64,000 bases of DNA from an uncultured Bacteroidia bacterium (GTDB lineage: Bacteria > Bacteroidota > Bacteroidia > Bacteroidales > UBA932). Every line of letters starts with the position of its first letter. Position 1 is the first letter of the stretch. The stretch spans positions 160,990 to 224,989 of the forward strand of contig CACYGI010000002.1 in NCBI GenBank assembly GCA_902773925.1, given 5' to 3'. The notes under the pieces were generated by a model. It was not told the origin of the DNA. It did no database searches and saw only the letters and a list, made by a program, of their open reading frames with translations. Below, piece by piece: positions 53,872 to 63,787 of this stretch. The position numbers were made by a program, and so were the translations under genes.

Positions 53872-55884
53872 ATGCAGATCCACAACTCCCGTGTCGCCCT
53901 AGCCTATATCCTGTTCGTAGTTCTCGGAATCGTAGCTGCGCTCAGGATCATCGACCTGCAGTTCATCCACAAGCCGGACCGCAGCACCGTGGTCAAGACC
54001 GCCTCGGAGCGTGAGATCCCCTGCGCACGCGGCAGCATCCTGGCAAACGACGGCCGCTACCTGGCATTCTCCATACCCGAATACAAGCTCTGCATGGACT
54101 GCATGCAGGCTGACTCGACCCTGTTCAACGAAGGCATCGAAGCCCTATGCGACTCTCTTTCGGTCCTCTACGGAGACCGCAAGCCGCAGCAGTACCGCCA
54201 GCTGATCGAGTCCCAGCGCAATGCAGGCCGCCGCTATACGGTCCTCAACCGCCAGCTCATCCCCTATCAGGAGATGAAGCGTGCCGAGCAGTTCCCCATT
54301 TTCTGCGCCGGCCGCCGCTACAGCGGCCTTATCGTAGAGAAATTCGAACGCCGGCAGTACCCCTATGACAAGCTGGCGTTCCGTACGCTCGGACACATCC
54401 GCAACAACGAGACGCAGGAAGTCGGCATCGAAGGCAGCTGCGACTCCATCCTTCGCGGCCGCCCGGGCCTGCAGCCGATCCGTATGACCGAGCACTACAA
54501 CTGGATCGAGGACCTCGAGCGCGAGCGCATAGAGCCCGTTGACGGCACGGACGTGCAGATTACGATTGATATCGACATCCAGGACATCGCCGAGCGCGCC
54601 CTGCTTCGCCAGATCAAGAAGAGCCCCGAGCTCGAGGCCGGCACGGTTATCATACTGGACGTACCCACGGGCGAGGTCCGTGCGATGGTCAATATGCGCA
54701 AGGACGAGAAGGGCAAATTCTCCGAGGATTACAATTACGCCATCGGCCGCTCCGGCGAGCCGGGTTCGGTATTCAAGCTGACTACCCTTACGATGCTGCT
54801 CGACGAGCACAAGCTTACGCTCGATACGGAGATTCCGGCCGTCGTCAGCTGGAAGCTCGGCAAGGCCAAGCCGTTCGTCGATGACTACCTGCGCAACTAT
54901 TCTACGATATCGATACTTCGCGGATTTGAGATTTCATCCAACAACGTGTTCCGAATGATGGCATACAAGTACTACGGCAAAAATCCCGCGTACTTTATCG
55001 ACGCCCTGAAGGACAAGCTGATGATCTGCCGCAACTACCCGTTCGACATCAAGGGCTTCGCCCGCGCAAGGGTCAAGCATCCCAATGACGGCACCTACTG
55101 GGCCGAGGCCGACCTGCCCCAGATTGCGATGGGTTATACCGTCGAGGTCACGCCTCTTCATACCGTCGCCTATTACAATGCCATCGCCAACGGTGGCGTG
55201 ATGGTCAAGCCGCACCTGATCCGCAATTACCAGAAGGACGGAGTCATCATCAAATCCTTCGGGACCGAAGAGATGGGCCGCGTCTGCTCCCCCGAGACTG
55301 TAAAGGAGCTGCACCGCGCACTTCGGGCCGTGGTGGAGAACGGTACCGGCCGCAACATCTTCAAGGACTGCCACATCCCCGTATCGGGCAAGACCGGTAC
55401 GGCGCGCGTGGTAATGCCCAACGGCAAATACCAGGATGCCTTCGGCCGTCACAAATACCAGGCGACCTTCGTAGGATTCTTCCCCAGCGACAATCCCCGC
55501 TATTCGGCTATCGCCGTAATATATTCCAATCCGACCCACGGCAGCTTCTACGGAGCGACCTGGGGCGGCCCCGTCATCTGCGAGATTGCAGACGAGATAT
55601 ACGCCAACTCCCCGCAGTGGAACGATCCTGTGGAGGCGAAGGCCAAACTCCCTGCTACCGAAGAATACCCCGTCCGCATAGTCAATGACACTATCAAGGG
55701 CGTTCCGAGCGTGATCGGGATGACCCTTCGCGACGGCATCGCCACCCTCGAGAGCAAGGGCTACAGCGTCGAATTCGAAGGCCGGGGAATCATCCGCGAG
55801 CAGAAACCCGCCCCGGGGACCGATACGAGCGGAGTCAAAGTGTACCTGAAACTTAAAGAAACCGATAAAACTGGTAAAAAATAA
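53872..55884 (+). CDS. ftsI: penicillin-binding protein (FtsI/PBP3-type transpeptidase) with C-terminal PASTA-like domain
   Basis: N-terminal TM, SVFK (SxxK), SSN, KTGT. C-terminal IGMTLRDGIATLESKGYSVEFEG. Confidence 0.88.
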   Translation: MQIHNSRVALAYILFVVLGIVAALRIIDLQFIHKPDRSTVVKTASEREIPCARGSILANDGRYLAFSIPEYKLCMDCMQADSTLFNEGIEALCDSLSVLYGDRKPQQYRQLIESQRNAGRRYTVLNRQLIPYQEMKRAEQFPIFCAGRRYSGLIVEKFERRQYPYDKLAFRTLGHIRNNETQEVGIEGSCDSILRGRPGLQPIRMTEHYNWIEDLERERIEPVDGTDVQITIDIDIQDIAERALLRQIKKSPELEAGTVIILDVPTGEVRAMVNMRKDEKGKFSEDYNYAIGRSGEPGSVFKLTTLTMLLDEHKLTLDTEIPAVVSWKLGKAKPFVDDYLRNYSTISILRGFEISSNNVFRMMAYKYYGKNPAYFIDALKDKLMICRNYPFDIKGFARARVKHPNDGTYWAEADLPQIAMGYTVEVTPLHTVAYYNAIANGGVMVKPHLIRNYQKDGVIIKSFGTEEMGRVCSPETVKELHRALRAVVENGTGRNIFKDCHIPVSGKTGTARVVMPNGKYQDAFGRHKYQATFVGFFPSDNPRYSAIAVIYSNPTHGSFYGATWGGPVICEIADEIYANSPQWNDPVEAKAKLPATEEYPVRIVNDTIKGVPSVIGMTLRDGIATLESKGYSVEFEGRGIIREQKPAPGTDTSGVKVYLKLKETDKTGKK

Positions 55885-55885
55885 T

Positions 55886-57340
55886 ATGAAACTCAAAGAC
55901 ATACTGGAAGGTATCGAAGTCATTTCGATAAACGGGGCCGACGATGTGGAGGTAAGTAGCCTCTCGTTCGATTCGCGCAAGTGCACCCCGGGATGCCTGT
56001 TCATCGCCGTCAACGGCACGGCAGTGGACGGACACAAATACATACCGGACGCTATCGCAGCCGGCGCCGTCGCCATCGTCTATCAGGACGGCGAAGTGCG
56101 GCCCGAGGGTGTTTCGGCCGCGAAGGTCCGCGACAGCCGCCTGGCGCTCGCACTGACGGCAGACAATTTCTACAGCCATCCCTCGCGCAGCCTGCAGCTG
56201 GTGGGCATCACCGGCACCAACGGCAAGAGCACGACAGTCACCCTGCTCTATCAGCTCTTCTCGTCGATGGGATACTGCTGCGGCCTGCTCTCGACCATCG
56301 CCAACTATATCGACGGCGAGGAAATTCCGGCGGACCACACCACCCCCGACCCGATCCAGCTCAACCGTCTGCTTGCGCAGATGGTCATCCGCGGCTGCCA
56401 GTATTGCTTTATGGAGATCAGCTCGCACTCGCTGGCACAGGACCGCGTTGCGGGACTGAAATTTGCCGGAGGCATCTTCTCCAACATCACCCACGACCAT
56501 CTCGACTATCACAAGACCTTCGCGGAGTACCTGCGCTGCAAGAAGCTGTTCTTCGACAATATGCCCGCCGAGGGATTTGCGCTGACCAACCTCGACGACC
56601 GCAACGGTACGGTGATGGTCCAGAATACCAGGGCCCGCGTATATACCTACTCCTGCCGCGGGATGGCAGATTTCCGCTGCAAGATCATCGAAGAAGGCCT
56701 CGACGGGATGCTGCTCGAGATGGACGGCCGCCAGATGTGGAGCAGCTTCATCGGCGCACACAATGCGCACAACCTGCTTGCAGTCTATGGCACGGCCATC
56801 CTGCTGGGCGCGGACAAGGAGGAAGTCCTGGTCAAGATGAGCGCCCTGCATACCGTTCCGGGCCGTCTCGAATACATCCGCGGCGGCGAAGACCTGACCG
56901 TGGCCGTGGACTATGCCCACTCTCCGGACGGACTGGAGAACGTGCTCAAGACCCTGCGCGAAGTCGGCCGCGAGAGGATGCTCATATGCGTTTTCGGCTG
57001 CGGCGGCAACCGCGACAAGACCAAACGCCCCGAGATGGGCGCCATTTCCGCCAAATATGCGGACCGCGTCATCGTGACGAGCGACAATCCCCGCAACGAA
57101 GATCCTGCCGCCATCATCGCAGAGATCCGTGCAGGAATGGATCCTCGCGCACGTGCGCGTGCATTATATATCGTTGACCGCAAGGAAGCCATCCGCACCG
57201 CCATAATGACGGCTCCCGAGGGCGCGGTGATACTCGTCGCCGGCAAGGGCCACGAAGACTACCAGATCATCGGCGAGCAGAAATTCCATTTCGACGACCG
57301 CGAGATCGTCCGTGCAACCCTCGACGAACTTGAATCATAA
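55886..57340 (+). CDS. murE: UDP-N-acetylmuramoyl-L-alanyl-D-glutamate--2,6-diaminopimelate ligase
   Basis: GITGTNGKST, DNPR motif (TSDNPRNEDP). dcw position. Confidence 0.9.
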   Translation: MKLKDILEGIEVISINGADDVEVSSLSFDSRKCTPGCLFIAVNGTAVDGHKYIPDAIAAGAVAIVYQDGEVRPEGVSAAKVRDSRLALALTADNFYSHPSRSLQLVGITGTNGKSTTVTLLYQLFSSMGYCCGLLSTIANYIDGEEIPADHTTPDPIQLNRLLAQMVIRGCQYCFMEISSHSLAQDRVAGLKFAGGIFSNITHDHLDYHKTFAEYLRCKKLFFDNMPAEGFALTNLDDRNGTVMVQNTRARVYTYSCRGMADFRCKIIEEGLDGMLLEMDGRQMWSSFIGAHNAHNLLAVYGTAILLGADKEEVLVKMSALHTVPGRLEYIRGGEDLTVAVDYAHSPDGLENVLKTLREVGRERMLICVFGCGGNRDKTKRPEMGAISAKYADRVIVTSDNPRNEDPAAIIAEIRAGMDPRARARALYIVDRKEAIRTAIMTAPEGAVILVAGKGHEDYQIIGEQKFHFDDREIVRATLDELES

Positions 57341-57348
57341 CCAGCGCC

Positions 57349-58644
57349 ATGCTCTACCATCTGTTTGAATATCTCAAGAATAACGGGTACGACTTCCCCG
57401 GTTCGGGCCTGCTGCAGTACATTTCGGTGCGCGGTATCGCCTGCAACGTGATCGCCATCCTGACGGCGCTCATCGCCGGACGGTGCATTATCGGCTGGCT
57501 TCGCAAACGGCAGATCGGCGAGACGATCCGCGACCTGGGACTGGCTGGCGACGAGAAGAAGGTGGGCACCCCCACGATGGGCGGCCTGATCATCATAGTC
57601 TCGACGCTTGTGCCCGTGCTGCTTTTCGGCAACTTCAATAACGTCAATACCATCCTGCTGGTGGTGGCGACCGTATGGCTCGGCCTGACCGGCTTTATGG
57701 ACGACTATATCAAGGTCTTCCGCAAGAATAAGAACGGCCTCCCGGGCAAGTTCAAGATCGTCGCGCAGGCATCCCTGGGTCTGGTTGTGGGCCTTACGAT
57801 GTGCTTCAGCAGCCAGGTCGGATTCTACTCCAAGACGCAAACAGAGAGCGAAGAGATAACTCTTTCGGAGCTGGGAGACAGCTTTACTTCCGAATCAGGC
57901 CAGGCCAAAATAGCCCCCTCGAGCATCCGCAACGAAGCCAAGACCACCATTCCGTTCGTCAAGAACAACGAATTCAGCTATCGCAGCCTCGTTCCGTTCA
58001 AGGGCCGCGCTGCCGAAATAGCGGAATGGGTGCTCTACATTCTGGTGATAATATTCATCATCACGGCCTGCTCCAACGGCACCAACCTGGCCGACGGCAT
58101 GGACGGCATGGCCACGGGCGTATCGGCCATAGTCGGAGCTACGCTCGGTATCCTGGCCTATGTCTCGGGCCACTACGGGTTTGCGGATTACCTTAATATA
58201 ATGTATATCCCCAACAGCGGTGAGATAACGGTCTTCATTCTCGCGCTGGTCGGCGCACTGGTCGGCTTCCTGTGGTACAATTCCTACCCCGCCCAGGTAT
58301 TTATGGGCGATACGGGCAGCCTCGCGCTGGGCGGCATCATCGGCGTCTGCGCCGTGCTGATCCGCAAGGAGTTCCTGCTTCCCATCCTGTGCGGCATCTT
58401 CCTGGTCGAAAGTCTCTCGGTCATTCTGCAGACCGCCTGGTTCAAGCATACCCGCAAGAAGACCGGGACTGGCGTACGCATATTCCGCATGGCCCCGCTG
58501 CACCATCATTTCCAGAAGGAAAATCCTGACGCGCTGCTTCAGTCTCCCAGGAGATTGCAGCACGAAAACAAGATAGTCGTGCGGTTCTGGATCATTTCGC
58601 TGATCCTGGCCGTGCTTACCGTAGTAACATTGAAAATCAGATAA
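57349..58644 (+). CDS. mraY: phospho-N-acetylmuramoyl-pentapeptide transferase
   Basis: TPTMGG, NLADGMDG, VFMGDTGSLALGG, APLHHHF. Confidence 0.93.
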   Translation: MLYHLFEYLKNNGYDFPGSGLLQYISVRGIACNVIAILTALIAGRCIIGWLRKRQIGETIRDLGLAGDEKKVGTPTMGGLIIIVSTLVPVLLFGNFNNVNTILLVVATVWLGLTGFMDDYIKVFRKNKNGLPGKFKIVAQASLGLVVGLTMCFSSQVGFYSKTQTESEEITLSELGDSFTSESGQAKIAPSSIRNEAKTTIPFVKNNEFSYRSLVPFKGRAAEIAEWVLYILVIIFIITACSNGTNLADGMDGMATGVSAIVGATLGILAYVSGHYGFADYLNIMYIPNSGEITVFILALVGALVGFLWYNSYPAQVFMGDTGSLALGGIIGVCAVLIRKEFLLPILCGIFLVESLSVILQTAWFKHTRKKTGTGVRIFRMAPLHHHFQKENPDALLQSPRRLQHENKIVVRFWIISLILAVLTVVTLKIR

Positions 58645-58649
58645 TAGCG

Positions 58650-59984
58650 ATGAAACGAATCGTAGTACTGGGCGGTGGCGAGAGCGGCATGGGTGCCGCT
58701 GTGCTCGCGAAAATCAAGGGATTCGAGGTTTTTCTCTCGGATAAGGGCACGCTCGGCGAAGAAGTCCGCAAGACCCTGCGCGACTATGATATTCCCTTCG
58801 AAGAAGGCGGCCACACCCCGGAAAAGATACTCAACGCCGACGAGGTCATCAAGAGCCCCGGCATCCCGGAGACCGTGCCCCTGGTAGCGGAGCTTTACCG
58901 CCGCGAAATCAGCGTCATCTCGGAAATCGAATTTGCGGGACGCTATGACACGGCCAAGAAGATCTGCATCACGGGCAGCAACGGCAAGACCACCACGACT
59001 TCGCTCATATACTATATGCTCTGCAACGCGGGCCTCAACGTCGGCCTGGGCGGCAATATCGGCAAGAGCTACGCGATGCAGGTGGCTACCGAGCAGCACG
59101 ATATCTACGTGCTGGAGCTCAGCAGCTTCCAGCTGGACGGAATGTACGACTTCAAGGCGGATATAGCGGTGCTGCTCAACATCACCCCGGACCATCTGGA
59201 CCGCTACGGATACGTGATGCAGAACTACATCAACTCCAAGTTCCGCATCACCCGCAATATGTCGCGCGAAGACTGCTTCATCTTCTGCTCGGATGACGAG
59301 ATTACGGTCAACGAACTCAATAAGATCGTCATCCAGGCCAAGAAACTGCCTTTCTCGCAGAATACGGCGGTAGATGAAGGTGCCTGGTCCGACGGGAGCC
59401 AGATGCACGTCAATGCAGGCGGCAGCACCTATGACATGATGCTCGAAGAGCTCTCCATCAAGGGCCGCCACAATATCTACAATTCGATGGCTGCTGCCAT
59501 CACCGGCAAGATAATGCAGATCGACAACGACTCGATCCGCCACTCGCTCTCTTCGTTCCAGGGCGTCGAGCACCGGATGGAGAAAGTAATGTCGGTGGGT
59601 GGCGTTCTCTACATCAACGATTCGAAGGGCACCAACGTCAACTCGACCTGGTACGCTCTGGAGAGTATCAATACGCCGATAATCCTGATTCTCGGCGGCA
59701 CGGACAAGGGCAATGATTACACGCCGATAGCGGACCTGGTGCGCGAAAAAGTGCGCCACATCGTCTGCCTGGGCGTTGACAACAAAAAGATACACGACTT
59801 CTTCGAAGGTATGGTGGACAGCATTACCGACACCCTCTCGGCCGAGGAATGCGTACGCAAGTGCGCCGAGCTGGCTGTTCCGGGCGATACGGTGCTGCTC
59901 TCGCCGTGCTGCGCAAGCTTCGACCTGTTCAAGAACTACGAAGATCGCGGAAGACAGTTCAAAGAGGCGGTAAGGAGGCTCTAG
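58650..59984 (+). CDS. murD: UDP-N-acetylmuramoylalanine--D-glutamate ligase
   Basis: GGGESG, ITGSNGKTTT, NDSKGTN. Confidence 0.9.
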   Translation: MKRIVVLGGGESGMGAAVLAKIKGFEVFLSDKGTLGEEVRKTLRDYDIPFEEGGHTPEKILNADEVIKSPGIPETVPLVAELYRREISVISEIEFAGRYDTAKKICITGSNGKTTTTSLIYYMLCNAGLNVGLGGNIGKSYAMQVATEQHDIYVLELSSFQLDGMYDFKADIAVLLNITPDHLDRYGYVMQNYINSKFRITRNMSREDCFIFCSDDEITVNELNKIVIQAKKLPFSQNTAVDEGAWSDGSQMHVNAGGSTYDMMLEELSIKGRHNIYNSMAAAITGKIMQIDNDSIRHSLSSFQGVEHRMEKVMSVGGVLYINDSKGTNVNSTWYALESINTPIILILGGTDKGNDYTPIADLVREKVRHIVCLGVDNKKIHDFFEGMVDSITDTLSAEECVRKCAELAVPGDTVLLSPCCASFDLFKNYEDRGRQFKEAVRRL

Positions 59985-59987
59985 CGA

Positions 59988-61316
59988 ATGAAAGTCAAGC
60001 TGCTCAGGCCCAAGGGGGACCAGGTGATATGGATATTGGTGCTGCTGTTCGCCATGATATCCATACTGGCCGTGTTCTCTTCGAGCACGTACCGCGCCAA
60101 TACCAATGACGTGACGAAAGTCTCCCTGTTCTTCGAGCAGATACGGTTCGTCCTGTTGGGATTCCTGACGATGTTCGTCTGCTATGCCCTGCCGACGCGC
60201 TTTTACCGCAACATAGCGTTTCTGGCATTCGCGGCATCCATCGTGTTGCTCATAATGACTTTCATCCCCCATTTCAGCCATCGCATCAACGGCGCCGTGC
60301 GCGGCGTCAAGATAGCGGGCATCCCGATCCAGGTATTCGAGCTGGCCAAAGTGGGCCTGGTGATATATCTGGCAAGGGCTCTGGAGTTCTGGAAAGACAG
60401 CCTCGACACGTTCAAGGACTTCTTCCTCAAGCTGCTGCTGCCCATTATCGCGGTCTGCGGCCTGGTTATGGCCAACAGTTTCTCGTCGGCCATCCTGTTC
60501 GGCCTGATAAGCTTCGCCCTGCTCTATTTTATGGGAGTAAAGGTCAAGTTCCTGCTGATCTCGCTTGCAGGAGCCGCGGTCGCGGTGGTACTGCTCTTCG
60601 GTGTGTACAACGTGGCCTTCGCCGGCCGCCAGCATCCGGAAGGCTACCAGCCCAACACCGTGGAGAAGCTTTTCAACCGCTTCGGCACGGTACAGAGCCG
60701 TTTCGAGAAGTTCTTTGACGACATAGGCGGGGCAGAGTCGGAGGAAGAAGAGTTTCTCACCAAAGAGGATAAAATGCGCCATCTGGACGAGATCCGCCAG
60801 AGCGAGAATGCAAAGGTCGCAATATCCGAAGGCGGCCTGCTGGGCAAGGGCCCGGGCAAGAGCACGCAGCGCTATTCGCTCTCGATGGCATTCTCGGACT
60901 TCATCTTCGCTTTCATAGTCGAAGAATACGGATTTGTAGGCGGAGCCATCATCATCCTGCTATACTGCATATTCCTGTTCCGGTGCATCCGCATCTCGCA
61001 GAAATGCCAGAGCACCTTCGCATCGTCCCTGGTGCTCGGACTTGCATTCCTGCTGGCTATTCAGGCCATGCTGCATATTTTCGTCAACGTGCGCCTCATA
61101 CCGATTACCGGACATACGCTGCCTCTGATAAGTCACGGAGGAACGGCATATATCATACTCAGCGGCGCATTCGGAATGATACTCTCGGCAAGCCGTCAGG
61201 CGGATGAGCAGATCCGCCGGCAGGAAATGCTCGCACGGGAGCAGGCCTCGGAGCTGCAGGAACCTGCAGAAGACACGCTCGTGGATACAACTGATAATAA
61301 TGAGGAGGACTTCTAA
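59988..61316 (+). CDS. ftsW: FtsW/RodA/SpoVE family peptidoglycan glycosyltransferase
   Basis: 10-TM SEDS protein with SDFIFAFIVEEYGFVGG and PLISHGGT. Acidic C-terminal tail. Confidence 0.88.
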   Translation: MKVKLLRPKGDQVIWILVLLFAMISILAVFSSSTYRANTNDVTKVSLFFEQIRFVLLGFLTMFVCYALPTRFYRNIAFLAFAASIVLLIMTFIPHFSHRINGAVRGVKIAGIPIQVFELAKVGLVIYLARALEFWKDSLDTFKDFFLKLLLPIIAVCGLVMANSFSSAILFGLISFALLYFMGVKVKFLLISLAGAAVAVVLLFGVYNVAFAGRQHPEGYQPNTVEKLFNRFGTVQSRFEKFFDDIGGAESEEEEFLTKEDKMRHLDEIRQSENAKVAISEGGLLGKGPGKSTQRYSLSMAFSDFIFAFIVEEYGFVGGAIIILLYCIFLFRCIRISQKCQSTFASSLVLGLAFLLAIQAMLHIFVNVRLIPITGHTLPLISHGGTAYIILSGAFGMILSASRQADEQIRRQEMLAREQASELQEPAEDTLVDTTDNNEEDF

Positions 61317-62428
61317 TGTCTGAGATACGCATCATAATAAGCGGCGGCGGCACAGGCGGACACATTTTTCCCGCCCTGTCGATCGCACAGTCCCTGAAGA
61401 AGATCGTGCCCGAGGCAAAATTCCTGTTCGTAGGCGCCGAGGGCCGGATGGAAATGCAGCGCGTGCCTGCTGCCGGCTTTGAGATCAAGGGTCTCCCGGT
61501 GGCCGGACTGCAGCGGAGCCTTTCGATCGAGAACCTGAAGCTTCCATTCAAGGTGATACGGAGCGTGCAGATGGCGCGCCGTATCCTTCGCGAATTCAAG
61601 CCGGACGTAGCCGTGGGCGTTGGCGGATATGCCAGCGCACCTCTGCTCTGGGCCGCTTCGCATATGGGCATCCCCACACTGATCCAGGAGCAGAACTCAT
61701 TTGCCGGGCTGACCAACCGCATTCTGGGCAAACGCGCCCGCAAGATCTGTGTGGCCTACGAAGGGATGGAACGCTTCTTCCCGGCAGACCGCATCCTGCT
61801 GACCGGCAATCCGGTGCGGAGCAATATCGCCCGTCCGACCGAAGAGCAGCGCGAAGAAGGTTATGCACATTTCGGCCTGGAGAAGGGACGCAAGACCATA
61901 CTTGTCACAGGTGGAAGCCTCGGCAGCGCGACTCTCAACCGGAGCGTACGCCAATGGGCCGCGCAAAGTGCCGACTGGTCGGATTGCCAGGTGCTCTGGC
62001 AGTGCGGCAAGACGTATTTTGCGAAGCTCTCATCGGCCGAAGAGGTGACCGGCGGGAGGCCCAACGTGCACCTGTTGCCGTTCATCGATCGGATGGACCT
62101 CGCATTTGCCGTTGCGGACGTCATAATTTCGAGGGCAGGAGCCGGTACGATTTCGGAACTTTGCATAGTCGGGAAACCGGTAATTTTCGTACCTTCGCCT
62201 AACGTGACCGAAGATCACCAGACGCACAACGCCCGCGCCCTCTCCGATCGGGATGCAGCCCTTATGGTAAGCGATGATCAGGCGCCTGAACGGGTAATGG
62301 CGATGGCCGAAGAACTGCTCTCGGACGAAACACGCTGCGCCGCAATGAGCGCCGCCATTCTGCCTCTCGCCCGCCCCGACGCAGGTGAGGTGATCGCACG
62401 TGAAGTATTGAAACTTGTCAAACAGTAA
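61316..62428 (+). CDS. murG: undecaprenyldiphospho-muramoylpentapeptide beta-N-acetylglucosaminyltransferase
   Basis: SGGGTGGHIFPAL, GGSLGS, RAGAGTISE. Confidence 0.92.
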   Translation: MSEIRIIISGGGTGGHIFPALSIAQSLKKIVPEAKFLFVGAEGRMEMQRVPAAGFEIKGLPVAGLQRSLSIENLKLPFKVIRSVQMARRILREFKPDVAVGVGGYASAPLLWAASHMGIPTLIQEQNSFAGLTNRILGKRARKICVAYEGMERFFPADRILLTGNPVRSNIARPTEEQREEGYAHFGLEKGRKTILVTGGSLGSATLNRSVRQWAAQSADWSDCQVLWQCGKTYFAKLSSAEEVTGGRPNVHLLPFIDRMDLAFAVADVIISRAGAGTISELCIVGKPVIFVPSPNVTEDHQTHNARALSDRDAALMVSDDQAPERVMAMAEELLSDETRCAAMSAAILPLARPDAGEVIAREVLKLVKQ

Positions 62429-62431
62429 ACG

Positions 62432-63787
62432 ATGGCACAATATACCCATTACTATTTCCTCGGCATCGGCGGCATCGGAATGAGCGCCATAGCACGGTAT
62501 TTCCACCGCAAGGGCGGCATCGTATCGGGTTATGACCGCACGCTGAGCCCCCTGACGCAGAGGCTTGAGCAGGAGGGTATCGCCATCCACTACCAAGCCC
62601 GCTGCCAGGATGTCCCCACGGACAGGGAGCATACGCTGGTCATCTATACCCCGGCCATCCCCGCCGACTTCGAAGAGCTCAGGTACGTGCAGGACAAGGG
62701 CTATACTCTCGTAAAGCGTTCGCGCGCCCTTGGCGAGATAGCACGGGGCCAGGAATGCCTGGCCATCGCGGGCACTCACGGCAAGACCACGACCAGCACC
62801 CTGCTCGCTCATATCCTGACATCATCCTCGGAGGGCTGCAGCGCATTCCTGGGAGGCATTTCCAAGAATTATGACTGCAACCTGCTGATTTCCGACAATC
62901 CCGTCCTGGTGGCGGAAGCCGACGAATTTGACCGTTCGTTCCTGCAGCTTTTCCCTGCCATTGCGGCCATCACATCGGCGGATGCAGATCATCTTGACAT
63001 ATACGGCGACAAGGACCACGTCAAGGAGGCATTTGCGGCATTCGCCGCGCAGACTTCCGGTTCACTGGTTATCAAAAAGGGCGTGGAGATAGATCTGAGC
63101 CAATGCAAAGCCCGGATTTACCGCTACGCCTACGATAGCCCGTGCGATTTCTACGCATCCGACATCGTGGCCCTGGACAAAGGCCTGTTTGACTTTACCC
63201 TCAACTGGCCCGGCGGACGCATACCGCACTGCAGCGTGGGCATTCCCGGCTGGATAAATGTCGAAAATGCAATCGCTGCCTCGGCAGTCGCGCTGCTGCA
63301 CGGCACTTCGGAAGAAGCCGTCAGGGAGGCCCTTGCCTCATTCCGCGGCGTAAGCCGCAGGTTCGACATCCGTCTGGAGCAAGGCGGCATAGCCTATGTC
63401 GATGATTACGCCCACCATCCCGAAGAGATCCGCTCGGCCATCAGCTCGATCCGCAACCGCTACCCGGGCAAACGCATCTGCGGCGTATTCCAGCCGCACC
63501 TCTACACCCGTACGCGTGACTTCTGCGACGGATTCGCTTCGGCGCTGGACACGCTGGACGAGTTGATTCTGCTACCCATTTATCCCGCAAGGGAACTTCC
63601 CATACCCAGGGTGAGCTCTGAGATGATATTCGAGCGGATGCATCTGGCCGACAAGTGCCTCGCCACGAAAGACCAGTTGATGGATATCCTGCGCTCCCGC
63701 AGGATAGAAGTGCTGGTAACCTTCGGAGCCGGTGATATAGACAGGTTTGTAGGACCCATAACTGAAGAGTTGCAAAAGCGATGCTGA
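62432..63787 (+). CDS. murC: UDP-N-acetylmuramate--L-alanine ligase
   Basis: FLGIGGIGMSA, GTHGKTTT, DDYAHHPEE. Confidence 0.92.
   Translation: MAQYTHYYFLGIGGIGMSAIARYFHRKGGIVSGYDRTLSPLTQRLEQEGIAIHYQARCQDVPTDREHTLVIYTPAIPADFEELRYVQDKGYTLVKRSRALGEIARGQECLAIAGTHGKTTTSTLLAHILTSSSEGCSAFLGGISKNYDCNLLISDNPVLVAEADEFDRSFLQLFPAIAAITSADADHLDIYGDKDHVKEAFAAFAAQTSGSLVIKKGVEIDLSQCKARIYRYAYDSPCDFYASDIVALDKGLFDFTLNWPGGRIPHCSVGIPGWINVENAIAASAVALLHGTSEEAVREALASFRGVSRRFDIRLEQGGIAYVDDYAHHPEEIRSAISSIRNRYPGKRICGVFQPHLYTRTRDFCDGFASALDTLDELILLPIYPARELPIPRVSSEMIFERMHLADKCLATKDQLMDILRSRRIEVLVTFGAGDIDRFVGPITEELQKRC

Noticed and set aside
58539-60782. 747-aa minus-strand ORF, and similar ones at 55853-56920, 54934-56076 and 28419-29945, antisense to dcw or susC3 genes.
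   Set aside because: Same shadow-ORF pattern. The sense-strand genes (murD/ftsW, murE, ftsI, susC3) carry canonical motifs and operon spacing.
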